A stretch of 64,000 bases of DNA. It comes from Sarea resinae (lineage: Eukaryota). The stretch covers positions 186,001 through 250,000 of the forward strand of contig JAPEUD010000017.1 in the NCBI GenBank assembly GCA_026026165.1, given 5' to 3'. The translations under genes and the position numbers were made by a program. This document shows, piece by piece, positions 1 to 11,155 of this stretch; positions within the stretch are counted from its first letter, which is position 1; each line of letters starts with the position of its first letter. Under the pieces are notes generated by a model. The model saw only the letters and a list, made by a program, of their open reading frames with translations, was not told where the DNA came from and ran no database searches.

Positions 1-182
1 GGACGCCATGGCAAGCTCCACGATGGCCAACGTGCCCAGGACCAGGTCAGTCGTGGAGAGAGTATGGCACGCGCGGGACTTGGATCAGATAGCTGATTCA
101 GGGCAACGGCGAACTTCTCAGCATCGCAATGACTGGGAGGCTTTTGTGGCCCCATTCAGCGAGCATATGAGCTTGACTTGAG

Positions 183-236
183 ATTAGATGGATACGCGGG
201 ATTAGATGGATACGCGGGATTAGATGGATACACGGG
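183..236. repeat. 18-bp tandem repeat, 3 copies (ATTAGATGGATACGCGGG)
   Basis: Copies at 183-200, 201-218 and 219-236; the last has one mismatch. Confidence 0.95.
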
Positions 237-1091
237 ACGGAAAACGGAAGGTGTTCTAGAGGTCTGGCTGAAGTTGGACGAAAAGCCACGTTTGCAATAT
301 ACCGAAATGGAACGATTCTGTAAGATCTAGTGGACAATACGTTCCATGTTTGCAACGGTAAGTAAGGTGGTTTGGGCGATCACTGTGGAGCAATCTCTTT
401 TCCTTTTCGTTCGGGGGACCTCGAAACCAAGATCTGTCCAGCTTGCAGGGCTTTGTCTTTCTTCGTTGTATGTTAAAACGGATGGCTCGAGGATGCCAAG
501 CAGGAAAACAATTACCTATGTCAATATGAAAGCGGCCGCCACGTTCACAATGATTGACTGATCAACAATATTGGGCCACCCTTCAAAGGCTGTACATGCA
601 AGATCGCCCTGAAGGTAGGGCCATTAAGCCGCGCCTGGACTTGCCCATGGAATCGATTATGATTTCGTACTCGGTACACTTATCGTAAGGTACTTGACCT
701 ATCTATCTACGTTCGCTTGCTCGCTTCGACCTAACTTCCATACTTTACGTTCTTCGAGTGAACCCTGGCTTGAATATCACATTGTCGATCATCCCCTGAT
801 TAAGGGACTCCCCTTCGGCAGCATATCATGTTCCCTCTCCTCTCACACCCAGAATTGACCCCTCCCCCATGCTGCACATCAATGGAGTGCTTCTGATTTG
901 TCTTGAGTTCCTGATAAGCCGATTGTTTGTTGGCCACTTATCTTTGAACGTAGCACTCTCTACGCCTGTAAATACTCAGGATCCTCGAATATATATCTCT
1001 ATCCTCATCATGGAGACGTGGTGGCCAGCTACAGACTGTCATCCGAACAGCCCCCTCGGGAATATTTTGAAAAGAAACGATCGCAACGGCA

Positions 1092-2906
1092 ATGGCAATT
1101 GCAATGGCAACCGTGTCCCTTCGCGATGACCTTGATGTGCCCGGCACAGAACGTCTCATCGACGTCAATCATGACCTTAACGTTTCTCATGCAGGCAACG
1201 ACATCATTCTTATCCCACAGCCTACATCTTGCGGAGGGGATCCTCTGCGTTGGTCACGGTGGAAGAAATATTACCAGCTTCTCCTAGTCTCCTTGTACGC
1301 ATGTTCATTCTCCTTCGGAGAGAACAATTTGGGTGCGGCTTGGACGACAATAAGTAAGGACACAGATGTATCAATCACCAATTTGAATGGTGGAGGTGCT
1401 CTCAATTACCTCCTTCTGGGCTTTGTTAATATTTTTTGGGTACCGACCGCCATGAAGATTGGTCGCCGCTTCGTCTTTCTAGTCACAAGTCTGATCTGTG
1501 TTGGGAGTGCAATCTGGACGGCAAAATTCCATGGCACAGGTCAATGGATGGCGTCTAATGTGCTGGGGGGTCTGGGGACTAGTGCCTACGAAGCTGTCAT
1601 ACAGCTCTCGGTATTTGACATGTTCTTCGCCCACGAGAGAGGCCGTATGCTAGCCGTCTACATATTTGGCCAGCAGCTTGGTTCCATTCTAGGACTGATT
1701 ACGGGCGGTTATATGGCTGACAGTCTCGGTTGGCGTTGGAGTCAGTATATTGTTGCGATTGTGAATGCTGGGATCCTGGTTTTGCTGTTCTTTTCTTTTG
1801 AGGAGACGCTTTTTCCCCGCTTTTTATTTTCAGAATCTCTCCCTGTCAGTATCACGGGTCCCGTCCCTGGCGCCGACAAAGCAGAACCAAGTCCATCTGA
1901 AGAAAAGAAGGATATCGCCATTGTCAGCGCGGCACCAGCCACGTTGAATGATTTCCCCCGAAGATCGTGGACACAGCGACTGCAGCTATGGGTGTACTAC
2001 CCCCAGGATCACACTACCTATTGGCAGTACTTCAAGCGCCCCTTTTTCCTGTTGGCATTCCCAAATATCATCATAGTAAGTTCGCTGATTAATGACGTCT
2101 TCTGCACATATGCCAATTTACTGTTTAGGCCGGTTTTATCTTCGCTTTCGGCTGCACAGCTGGCATAGTGTCTTTCAATACTATCTCCGAGATCCTCACT
2201 TCTGCTCCCTACGATTGGAGTGCTGGCTCTACGGGCCTAGTGTTCCTTGCGGCCCTTGTCGGAAGCATTGTTGGCTGGACTACAGGAGTTTTGAGCGATC
2301 AGATTGTGATCTGGCTGGCACGTCGCAACAGAGGAATCAAAGAACCGGAGATGAGATTATGGGCTTTAATCATTCCCTTCGTCTATGCTGCAGTTGGCTA
2401 TATGCTGTACGGCTGGGGTGCGGAGAAGGGACTTCACTGGATGACAATCGCCTTTGGGATCGGTTGCATGATCGCACATCAGGTCTCTGCAACTTCGATA
2501 GTAAGTCTGAGATTTGTCAATACAAGACAGTCCAGAGGCAAGTAAGCTGACAAAAGAACAGGCGACCGCATATGCGATGGAATGCTTCCAGGGCGTAAGC
2601 CACTCGGTCTTAACCTCTTAACCGTCTCCAATCCGCTAATTTTGACTGTAGATCTCCGGTGAGCTTGTCGTTGTTCTTGCACTGTGCTCTTCGTGCATCA
2701 ACTTCGCAATCTCATACTCGGTACAGCCCTTTATCAACCGCGTCGGCTACGGATGGGTATTTGTCTTCTTTGGTTTATGCGTACTTGCCTCGATGATTGC
2801 TGCGATTCCTTTGGTTATTTATGGGAAGTCTTGGCGTAAGCGGTATACTGGGAGATATCAAAGGTTTCTTAAAGAGCGTGAAGGTGTTGCTCAGGTTGCC
2901 TGCTAG
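1092..2906 (+). CDS. Major facilitator superfamily transporter, substrate unknown; 4 exons
   Basis: Typical fungal MFS motifs VPGTERL..ILIPQP..DPLRWS, KIGRRFV, DMFFAHERG, GWRW, EETLFPR, KEPEMRLW. GT-AG introns at ~2076-2128, 2501-2561 and ~2595-2651. TAG stop at 2904-2906. Confidence 0.9.
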
Positions 2907-3149
2907 AAGACTTTCCTGATCGAATCCGTAGCAGCTTCAGTCTACTTTGCTCTTTTAGTCATCGCAGCATCTTCTAGGCCACGGTTATGGACGGGTTTTT
3001 CATCATGACCAGGATCGTCCAAATGTCTTCTTAACCTAAACTCCTCCGATCATGGAAGAAAATACATAAACCTAACAAGAGATGTATCTTGATTGGGTGG
3101 GACCAGGTACCGGCCCAACTCAAAGACGACGAGGATAATGAAGAGGATT

Positions 3150-3281
3150 GAAGGAAACGCTGTAGTTGAGCTAGCAAAAGCTCTGGATATCATTATTGCA
3201 GTTAGGGGTCATGGGAGAAGAATCAGAGGCTGTACTGACGACGAAGATCACTTTGCCTTTGAGGTTCGCGAGGTCATACAT
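3150..3281 (-). pseudogene. Glutathione peroxidase (Gpx/Hyr1-like) pseudogene fragment
   Basis: Minus-strand translation MYDLANLKGKVIFVVSTAS..NNDIQSFC*LNYSVSF resembles fungal GPx segments (L..LKGKVVLVVNTAS and NDDIQ.FCQ.NYGV.F). In-frame TAG where Gln is expected; the catalytic C-G-F-T and FPCNQF segments are missing. Confidence 0.6.
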
Positions 3282-3341
3282 CTTAAGACGCTCTTGCAAT
3301 TGATTATATCAGAATAGTAGCGTTGCTTTCCTTGCTTATTC

Positions 3342-3636
3342 TGTAAACAGTAATTTTAAGTAGTACTAGTACTTTCTAGTCTTAAGGAGAATGGTTTTAC
3401 TTTTATCTATTAGTCTAGCTTAAGATCACTAAACTTAAAAGATAGCAGTCTTCTATATTAGGTTTGTTTATTTGTTTAGCTATTTACAAGATGCAGAAAT
3501 CGCAGTAGTAGCCTATTTTAATAATACTAAACATCTCTATCTAGGTACCTTATAACTAACTCTAGGTTCTAACACAGTTATACAACAGTCTTACATTTAG
3601 AAACAGTCTTATAACAGTCTCCTACTAGTCTTAACA
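3342..3636 (-). mobile_element. Putative LTR (third type, ~295 bp) truncating copia element A in its RNase H region
   Basis: Minus strand runs TGTTAAGA...TGTTTACA (TG..CA ends), AT-rich and TpA-rich. It begins where the RNase H reading of element A stops matching element B. Shares GACTGTTATAAGAC with the LTR at 9511. No target-site duplication seen. Confidence 0.55.
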
Positions 3637-4670
3637 CCTTGCAGTTTAGAATTCTAAGAAACTATGTTATTATCTAGTAGAAAAACATAGCCTGTTGTAG
3701 ATTTTCTGCTATAATCTCCCCTATAGTCTGAATTGCAATAACCTAGGAGTTTTAGGCCTTTTTGTTGTGATTTAGACTAATAGATAAGACTATAGTCTTT
3801 TGTATAGACAAGGTATTACTAGATCCTATCTAGGGATTTAAAACGCAGCTGGCTAGGATTTTGCATAAATCTAGCACATAGATTTACTGCATAGGCTAGA
3901 TTAGGTCTAGAAATAATAGTTAGGTAGATTAGACTACCTATTTCCCTTTGATATTGTTTAATATCTTTAGAGTTTACTTGTAGACTGTTTCTGTCTAACT
4001 TTACACCACCTATAGAAGGTGTTGTTACAGGCTTTAGGCCTAATTTGTTGAATTTTATTAACAAATTAGTAATAAAAGCCTTTTAATTTAGAGTAATCCT
4101 TCTATTAGGTCTATCTCTAGAGATTTCTATCCCTAGATAGAATTTTATAGCCCTTAGATTAGAGATCTCTAGGTGCTTAAAGAGGTCTTTATAGAGACTA
4201 TTTATGCTATTAGCTGATTTGCTAAACAGTAAAATGTTGTCTATATATATAGTGATTATTATGTCCTCTCTAATATAGATAGAGCTATCTGCTAGGATTG
4301 TTTTAAATCCTATTTTTATAAGTAAATTCTTTAGGTGAATTTCCCACTGTCTAGCAGCTTGTTTCAAGCTATATAAGGCTTTGTTTAGAAGATAGACTTT
4401 GCCTTTTTCTTCTATAAAACCTTCTAGCTGCTCTATATAGATAGGATTATCTAGATTAGCATTAGGAAATGCAGAAGCTATATCCTACTAATATATTTCT
4501 AGGTCTAGTTTAGCAGCTATAACTAGAAGCAATTTTATAGCTGTAGGATTGCTAGTGTGTGTAAAGGTCTCTGTATAGTCAACCCCTTGCTTTTGTAGGA
4601 AGCCTCTAGCAACCCACCTAGATTTCCTTTTGTTGATTGTATTATTAGGGTTTAGCTTTGTTTTATAGAC

Positions 4671-6086
4671 CTACCTGCTATTGATTATATTGGCATTTTT
4701 AGGTCTAGGGACTAGCTTTAGAACTCCTAGCTCTTTTAGCTTAGTAAGCTCCTTCTGCATTGATTTTAGCCACTCCTCTTTATAGGGTGACTTTAGAGCT
4801 TCCCTATAGCTCTTAGGATCAGTTATATCTATAGGACTTCTATAGGTGTCTGTAACAGTGTGATTCCCCCTTGTATGCAGACTGTTACAAACTATGAAAT
4901 TTTGCATGAAGTTTGCATAGTGCTGTTGCTGCTTAGGGGTGCTAGCTATATTTGCATAATATTCACTGCTTAGCTTATCTATATCAGATTCACTATCAGT
5001 GTCTATTATGTCAGGTGTGACTGAATTGTTATCACCTATAGAACTTTGATCTTCTACTGTTACAGGTTCTTCCTGTACTGTTACAGCAGGTGTAGGAGGT
5101 GAATTTTCGACACCTATAGGATTTTCATCCTCTAGATCAGATGTATCCTTCTCTAGCTCCTCTAGGGCAGGGGTATAGCCTTCTGTAGAATTATAGAATG
5201 TGTTTTCTATAATCCTAACATCTCTAGCCCAGATTGTTTTAGCTGTTTTAGGGTCTAGCAGCTTGTATTGATTTGAGCTATAGTTGATTAGGTAATAGGG
5301 CTTAGCTCTATTATCTAATTTTTTAATTAGTTCTTTAGGCTCTCTCTTATAGGCTAGAGAACCCCAGATTTTTATGTGATCTAGGTTAGGTTTTTTGTTA
5401 AACCTTAGCTCATAGGGTGTTTTATAGCCTATAGAGCTATTAGGGGTCCTATTATAGAGGTATGTAGCGGCTAGAATAGCTTCCCCCCAGAATTTTTTAG
5501 GGATATTAGCCTGATTAAGTAGGGCTCTTACTTTATTAAGTAAGGTCCTATTAATCCTTTCTGCTAGGCCGTTTTGTTCAGGGGTATAAGGTGCATTATA
5601 AGAGTCTATAATGCCCTTTTTAGCATGAAATTCCTTGAACACAGTGTTATTATAGACCTTAGCATTATCTGAGTGAAATCTTTTTAGCCTTTTTAGGCTT
5701 TGATTTTCCTCTTTAGCAATATATTCTTTGAATTTGCTAAAGGTTTCACTTTGATGTTTTAGAAGGTAAACATCAAGGTATTTTGTAGCTAGGTCTAGGA
5801 AGGTAACATAGTATTTGTTACCACTAGGTGTTAGGGGTTTTATAGGACCCCCTATATCACTGCATACAATTTCAAGGTATTCCTTAGGCTTTTCTGCAGG
5901 GGTATTACTAGCATGCCTAGTAAATTTAGCCTCTAAGCAGATAGTGCAGTTTTTAATGTCTAAGTCTTTAGACTTAACACTAAGCTCTGCATTGTCCTCT
6001 AGCCTTTTTAGAGCGCTTTCCCCTATATGTCCTAGCCTTTTATGCCACATATCTAGGCTATTATCCTCTATAGTGCTGTTTAGCAC
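4671..6086 (-). pseudogene. Residual open segment of copia pol (integrase and start of RT), 471 aa
   Basis: ORF track; HHCC and DDE residues retained; flanked by stop codons in the same pol reading. Confidence 0.9.
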
Positions 6087-6548
6087 TATAGGTATAGCCT
6101 TAGTCTGAAAGACACTAAGCTTATTAGCATAGGTCCCTTTAGCAGTGACACTACCCCTATTATCTAGGATAAGGACATTTTTAGGGCTAAAGTTGACTTT
6201 ATAGCCCTTATTTATGATTGCCCCTAGGGATAGCAGGTTTACACCAAAGTCAGGGATGTATAGAACGTCTCTAATATTTACTACCTGATTTGTTAGGGTA
6301 AATATTAGCTTGATATCCCCTATGCCTGTTGCTATAGTAGAACTACTAGTGTTACCCCACTTTACAGTAGTGTTATAGGGTCTAAGATTGTTGAAGAGTT
6401 CCTTTCTATAGCAGATATGTGTTGTTGCACCTGAGTCAAGAATCCACTCTGTAACAGTGCTGTTTGACTCGGATTTTACACAGCTATAGGAAGCTTCAGG
6501 TGTAACAGTGCCTTTTTATGGCTTTGTAGCAGTACCTTCTAGGACTGT

Positions 6549-6650
6549 GCTTGTAACAGTGCATTCTGACACTAATTTAGGACAGCTATAGGAATTTGAG
6601 CTTGTAACAGTGCGTTTTAACACTAGTTTAGAGCAGCTATAGGAATTAGA
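6549..6650. repeat. 51-bp (17-codon) tandem duplication in the gag-protease linker of copy A
   Basis: GCTTGTAACAGTGC...CAGCTATAGGAATT.GA at 6549-6599 and 6600-6650; partial copies at ~6450-6510. Confidence 0.8.
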
Positions 6651-8186
6651 GCTTGTAGCTATAAAGCTCTTTTCCTCTTGTGATTCCTCTACTGTAGAGG
6701 GGTTAGCCCTATGCTTTTTAGTATTAGGCTTTTTACTCCTTTTTAGGCTAGGATGCTTTTAAAAGCATGTAGACTCATTGTGATTATTTAGTCTACAATA
6801 GTCACAGTGCTTTTTACTCTTAGAGGTAAGGGCTACCTCTGTATCCTTGCTAGTGTTATGACTATTATCACTAGTGCTAGTGCTCTTAGAGATTTTAAAC
6901 CTCTTAGAGTTATCTATTAGCTGTGCAAAGATTTCCTCTAGGTTAATATCCTTGTCTTTGCTTTTATTTATTGTTTGTGTGATAATAGTAACTATATTAT
7001 TATAGTTACTAGAAAGGTTGTTTAGAGTCTATGCAGCTATGAATTTATTAGGAAGAATTAGGTCTCTAGCCCTTAGCTTATCATTTAGCTGCTTGATTTT
7101 TATGATGTAGTCCTTTAGATCCTTGCATTTTTTAAGAGTTTTATTAAACAACTCTCTACAGATTAGGCATTTAGAATTAAATCCCTTAGATTTATAGAGA
7201 TTTTACAGACTAGCCTACAATTTTTGTGGATTAGTGTGATACCTAGTCTGTAACAGTGGGCTATCTGCTAGGGCAAGCCTAATATAGGCTAGAGCTTTTG
7301 CAGATTTTGCCTTGTAATAGTCTAAATCAATATCTATGCTATTTTAAGGTCTTTAGACATGACTTCAAAATAGCCCTTTTCTATAAGCAGGGATTCTATC
7401 CTTATAGACTACAAATCCTAATTAGAGCTGCCTTGCAGCTTAGGGATTTTATATGCAGGATTAGATATAGCTGTAATTACTAATCTCCTACTTAATTTCA
7501 GAGAGAAGAACCACTAGCTATTAAGTGTATTCTACTGCAAGTAGTAGAATCACACTAGTATGACTTTTGTACACCTATAGAACTTATAAGTTCTATAGAT
7601 ATGTGAAATAGCTGCACAAAGAGTGTCTTATGCTTTTGCACCACTGTTACAAGTTCTATAGATGCACAAAAGATCAGTATAAAGGCTGTTTTGTGACTTT
7701 CAAACTGTTACAGTTCTATAGGTGCGTAAAATTGCAGCACAAAGGCTGTTTGCAGAACACAAGCTGCTAAGGTGTGCAGAACACAGGCTGCTATACTATA
7801 GTTTTATAGACACAAGCTATAGGTACTATAGGACTAGGTAAAGGCAGCATACATTAAGCACTTAACTTGCTCTCCTATAGGTTTTTCTCTTCAAAGGGGA
7901 TTATGCCTATAAGGCAGCACAAAGGATTAGGAAAATCCTTATTAAGTGTGTGTATACCTAATGTCTATAAGTATAGGCTTAGTTTAAGCAGTCTACCCTA
8001 AGTGGTTTTTATCTGCAAGTTAAGTTATATAACCTCTAGAAGGCTATATAGCTGCCTAGGGACTATAAAGACCACAGGACCTAGTCTTTTTAGGTGAAAA
8101 AGAGGAAGTTCTACTCTTTTTCAAAAGGAATTTCAGTGGCTATAGGTGAAGAACCACAAAATTATAGGCTTCTTTAGCAGGCTATT

Positions 8187-8199
8187 AAGGCTTATAACC
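8187..8199 (-). promoter_or_regulatory. Primer-binding site, half-tRNA(iMet) (Ty5/copia Hemivirus-type)
   Basis: GGTTATAAGCCTT directly follows the LTR terminal CA and differs from GGTTATGAGCCCT only by transitions. Confidence 0.8.
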
Positions 8200-8688
8200 T
8201 GTTAGAAGGTAGTATAAAGATATAAGTAGAGAAAGGTGCTAAAGAAGTATAGTATAGAATAATTGTGTATTGTGAACTTAGAGATTTAAGCTATAGAGGT
8301 GTAAGGCAGTCAATATATAGACTTAACTGACTTACTAGAAACTTCTAGTGATGACTAATTACATGAGTGATTTGTAAGAAAGTCTAGAAATAGTTGTGTA
8401 ACCCTTATATTATAGAATTACATAGATATCTAAGAGATTCTATAGACTTCTAGACAGTTCTAGAACATTCTAGAAGGTTCTAGATGCTTAGTCAGCATAT
8501 AGTGATGTTTAGTCAGCATGGCTATAGAATCTTCTAGAATGTACTATAAGATTCTATAGAGTTCTTATAGAGTTCTATTAGCTTCTATAGGTTTGTAGAA
8601 GCTTCTAGATATATCTATACTATTATATAACATTCTATAGCAGTCTAGATACTTAAGAGTGACTAGAATTAAGGTTATAATTCTAACA
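8200..8688 (-). repeat. 5' LTR of copia copy A (489 bp)
   Basis: TGTTAGAA...TTCTAACA 8-bp inverted termini; aligns in inverted orientation with 9511-10047. Confidence 0.92.
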
Positions 8689-10047
8689 GATATTAAGCAA
8701 TATTAAAGAGAAATAGGTAGTCTAATCTACCTAACTATTATTTCTAGACCTAATCTAGCCTATATAGTAAATCTATATACTAGATTTATGCAAAATCCTA
8801 GCTACCTAGCTGCATTTTAAATCTCTAGATAGAATCTAGTAATACCTTGTCTATACAAAGGACTATAGTCTTATCTATTAGTCTAAATCATAATAAAAAG
8901 GCCTAAAACTCTTAGGTCATTGCAATTTAGACTAGGGAGGAGATTATAGCAGAAAATCTACAACAGGCTATGTTTTTCTACTAGATAATAACATACTTTC
9001 CTAGAATTCTAAACTGCAAAAAACAATTGCTCTAAGCTCTTATAAAGCAGAATACATAGCCTTAAAAGAGGCTATAAAAAGGAATTTATATATAAATTCT
9101 CTACTTAAGCAAATCTCTTTGCTAAAAGACATTTTCAGCATAGAGGATTCTAAGGCTATATACACTAATAGCCTTTTTGCTATAGAACTCGCAAAAAATC
9201 TAATGTTTTACTAAAAAACAAAGTATATTAACATACAATATCACTTTGTTAGAGACAACTATTAAAGGAATATAATTCACCTGAATTATATACCTACAGC
9301 TAGTCAACTAGCAGATAGCTTTACTAAGCTACTTAGCACTTAAAAGTGGCTAGAGGTCCTAAAGGCTATTTAGGTACAGCCTACACCCAAAGAACAAACA
9401 AGTTCTATAGGTGCATAAAATCGCGCACCTACAGCAACTGTTACAAAAGCTAAGTTCTATAGGTGTTCTAAATTGCATACCTATCCTATAGAATAAAGCT
9501 TAAGAGGGTGTGATAGAATTACAACCTTAATTCTAGTCACTCTTAAGTATCTAGACTGTTACAGACTGTTATAAGACAGTATAGATACATCTAGAAGCTT
9601 CTACACACCTATAGAAGCTAATAGAAAGTGGTAGAACCCTATAGAATCTTATAACACATTCTAGAAGATCCTATAGCTATGCTAACTAAGTATCCTAGTA
9701 TGCTGACTAAGCATCCTAGATCCTTCTAGATCCTTCTAGAATGTTCTAGAAGTGTCTAGAAGACTATAAAATCTCTTAGACACCTATAGAACTTCTATAA
9801 CATAAGAGTTATATAACAATCCCTTAACTTTCTTACAAAGCATATGTTATTATTAGTTTATTGCTTATAAATCACTTATATAATTAATTATCACTAGAAG
9901 TTTCTAGTAAGTCAGTTATATCTATATATTAACTGCCTTACACCTCTATAGCTAGAATCTCTGAGTTTATAATATATAATCATTCTATACTACACTTCTT
10001 TCACACTCTTTCTCTACTTATATCTTTATACTTAGTACCTTTTAACA
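8689..10047 (+). mobile_element. Ty1/copia copy B, 3' remnant (end of RT, RNase H, PPT, 3' LTR), RIP-mutated
   Basis: DIKQY*REIGSLIYLTIISRPNL is nearly identical to copy A. RNase H motifs ALSSYKAEY, KTKYINIQYHFVRD, QLADSFTK. Purine tract AAGAGGGTG just before the LTR. Confidence 0.93.
9511..10047 (+). repeat. 3' LTR of copia copy B (537 bp)
   Basis: TGATAGAATTACAACCTTAATTCTAGTCACTC...CTTTTAACA; inverted homolog of 8200-8688. Confidence 0.9.
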
Positions 10048-10697
10048 CTATATCTAGATTCTAGAGATATATATAATAATAGAGGTATCTTTATATATAA
10101 AGTACCTATATTATAGCTTATAGTTCTATTATATAAACATAGATAATCATATAAGCTTTAGCTATAATAGCAAGCTTTTAACATATATAGCGCTTATTAC
10201 CTAAGCATTTACCTCTAATCAAGGTATAGAGGTACCTTACCTAATAAATAACCACTATAAAATGCTTAAAAAGGACTCTACTAAGTGGATGCAGTATAAA
10301 AGTTCTGACTGTAGTGTATCAGCAAAAATGTAAAATGTTTTATACATCTATAGTGTTACAACATGAGATTCTATAGTGACTTCCTAATGTTCCTATTTAC
10401 TATGTATATTTATAATGCTACTATATAGCTTTATAATGCTATATGTCATGTAGTAATACTTTATGATAATTCGCTAAATCGCTTACATAAGCGAAAAATT
10501 AAGCGAAATTTAGCGAAAGTAGCCCTAGTGCTATAGGCATCAACGCTATGACTTCCTAAATAGGAAATTATAGAAATTCATGAAAATTCACTCTATGATT
10601 AATCAGCGCCTACTCTATAGCCTACCCTATAGCCCTATAGGCTAGGCATGCTAGAACTGCCTATAAGTGCTAAGTTCGCGAACTTGCACTGGTGGCA
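10048..10697. mobile_element. Unclassified AT-rich RIP-type relic ending in an imperfect palindrome
   Basis: TpA-rich, no ORF, short repeats AGCGAAA x3 (~10490-10518); composition returns to normal after ~10680. Confidence 0.5.
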
Positions 10698-11155
10698 TGA
10701 ACCGGTCACCGGAGTACGTGCCTTGCATCATGGGCTTCTAGAGCTATCAGGAGCAAGGGAACGTACTCCTGCTGGCTGCAGAAGCCACCTTAGTAGCTCC
10801 ATGGAATAAGCGACTCTATGAGAGGCCGAAACTTCCATGGGCTCCACAGGCCATCCTGGCTTTCTGGAGTCTCCAGGAGCAGATCGCCATTTTTGCTGAT
10901 GTAGTAGTAGTAGTAGTAGTAGTACGTCACTTGGGTTTGGCTAATATTATTAGTACCTACGAGGTAACCTCTAAGGAGACTGCTGCATACGCCGTACGGT
11001 GTAAGGTACTAGGTACCTCTCTAAGCTGTCTACAGAGTATGTATTGATGTTACTCTGCAGCGAAGACAAATGCTGGTACCGTTCTACAAAAACAGAGGTA
11101 ACAATATCGGACCTCCTCATATGTGGCTGACATCCCTTACCTGGTCAACCTGATA

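Larger units (their letters stand above)
3637..8688 (-). mobile_element. Ty1/copia LTR retrotransposon copy A (5' LTR-gag-PR-IN-RT-partial RNase H), RIP-mutated, 3'-truncated
   Basis: Zinc knuckle CDYCRLNNHNESTC (~6765-6808), protease WILDSGATTHIC (~6410-6450), GAG-pre-integrase WHKRLGHI, integrase DDE (CSDIGG / HSDNA / NGLAER.NRT) in ORF 4671-6086, RT motifs KSRWVARGF, LKQAARQW, YIDNILL, IGSLIYL..SRPNL. The PR-IN-RT order is diagnostic of copia. Many premature TAA/TAG stops. Confidence 0.97.

Noticed and set aside
1..360. Possible minus-strand gene start at the window edge (ATG at 9-7) and ORF 98-355
   Set aside because: Too little sequence to judge; the ORF is partly generated by the 18-bp repeat and has no recognisable motif.
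6450..7800. Spaced repeats reminiscent of a CRISPR array
   Set aside because: Eukaryotic context; the repeats are degenerate, irregularly spaced and internal to a copia element.
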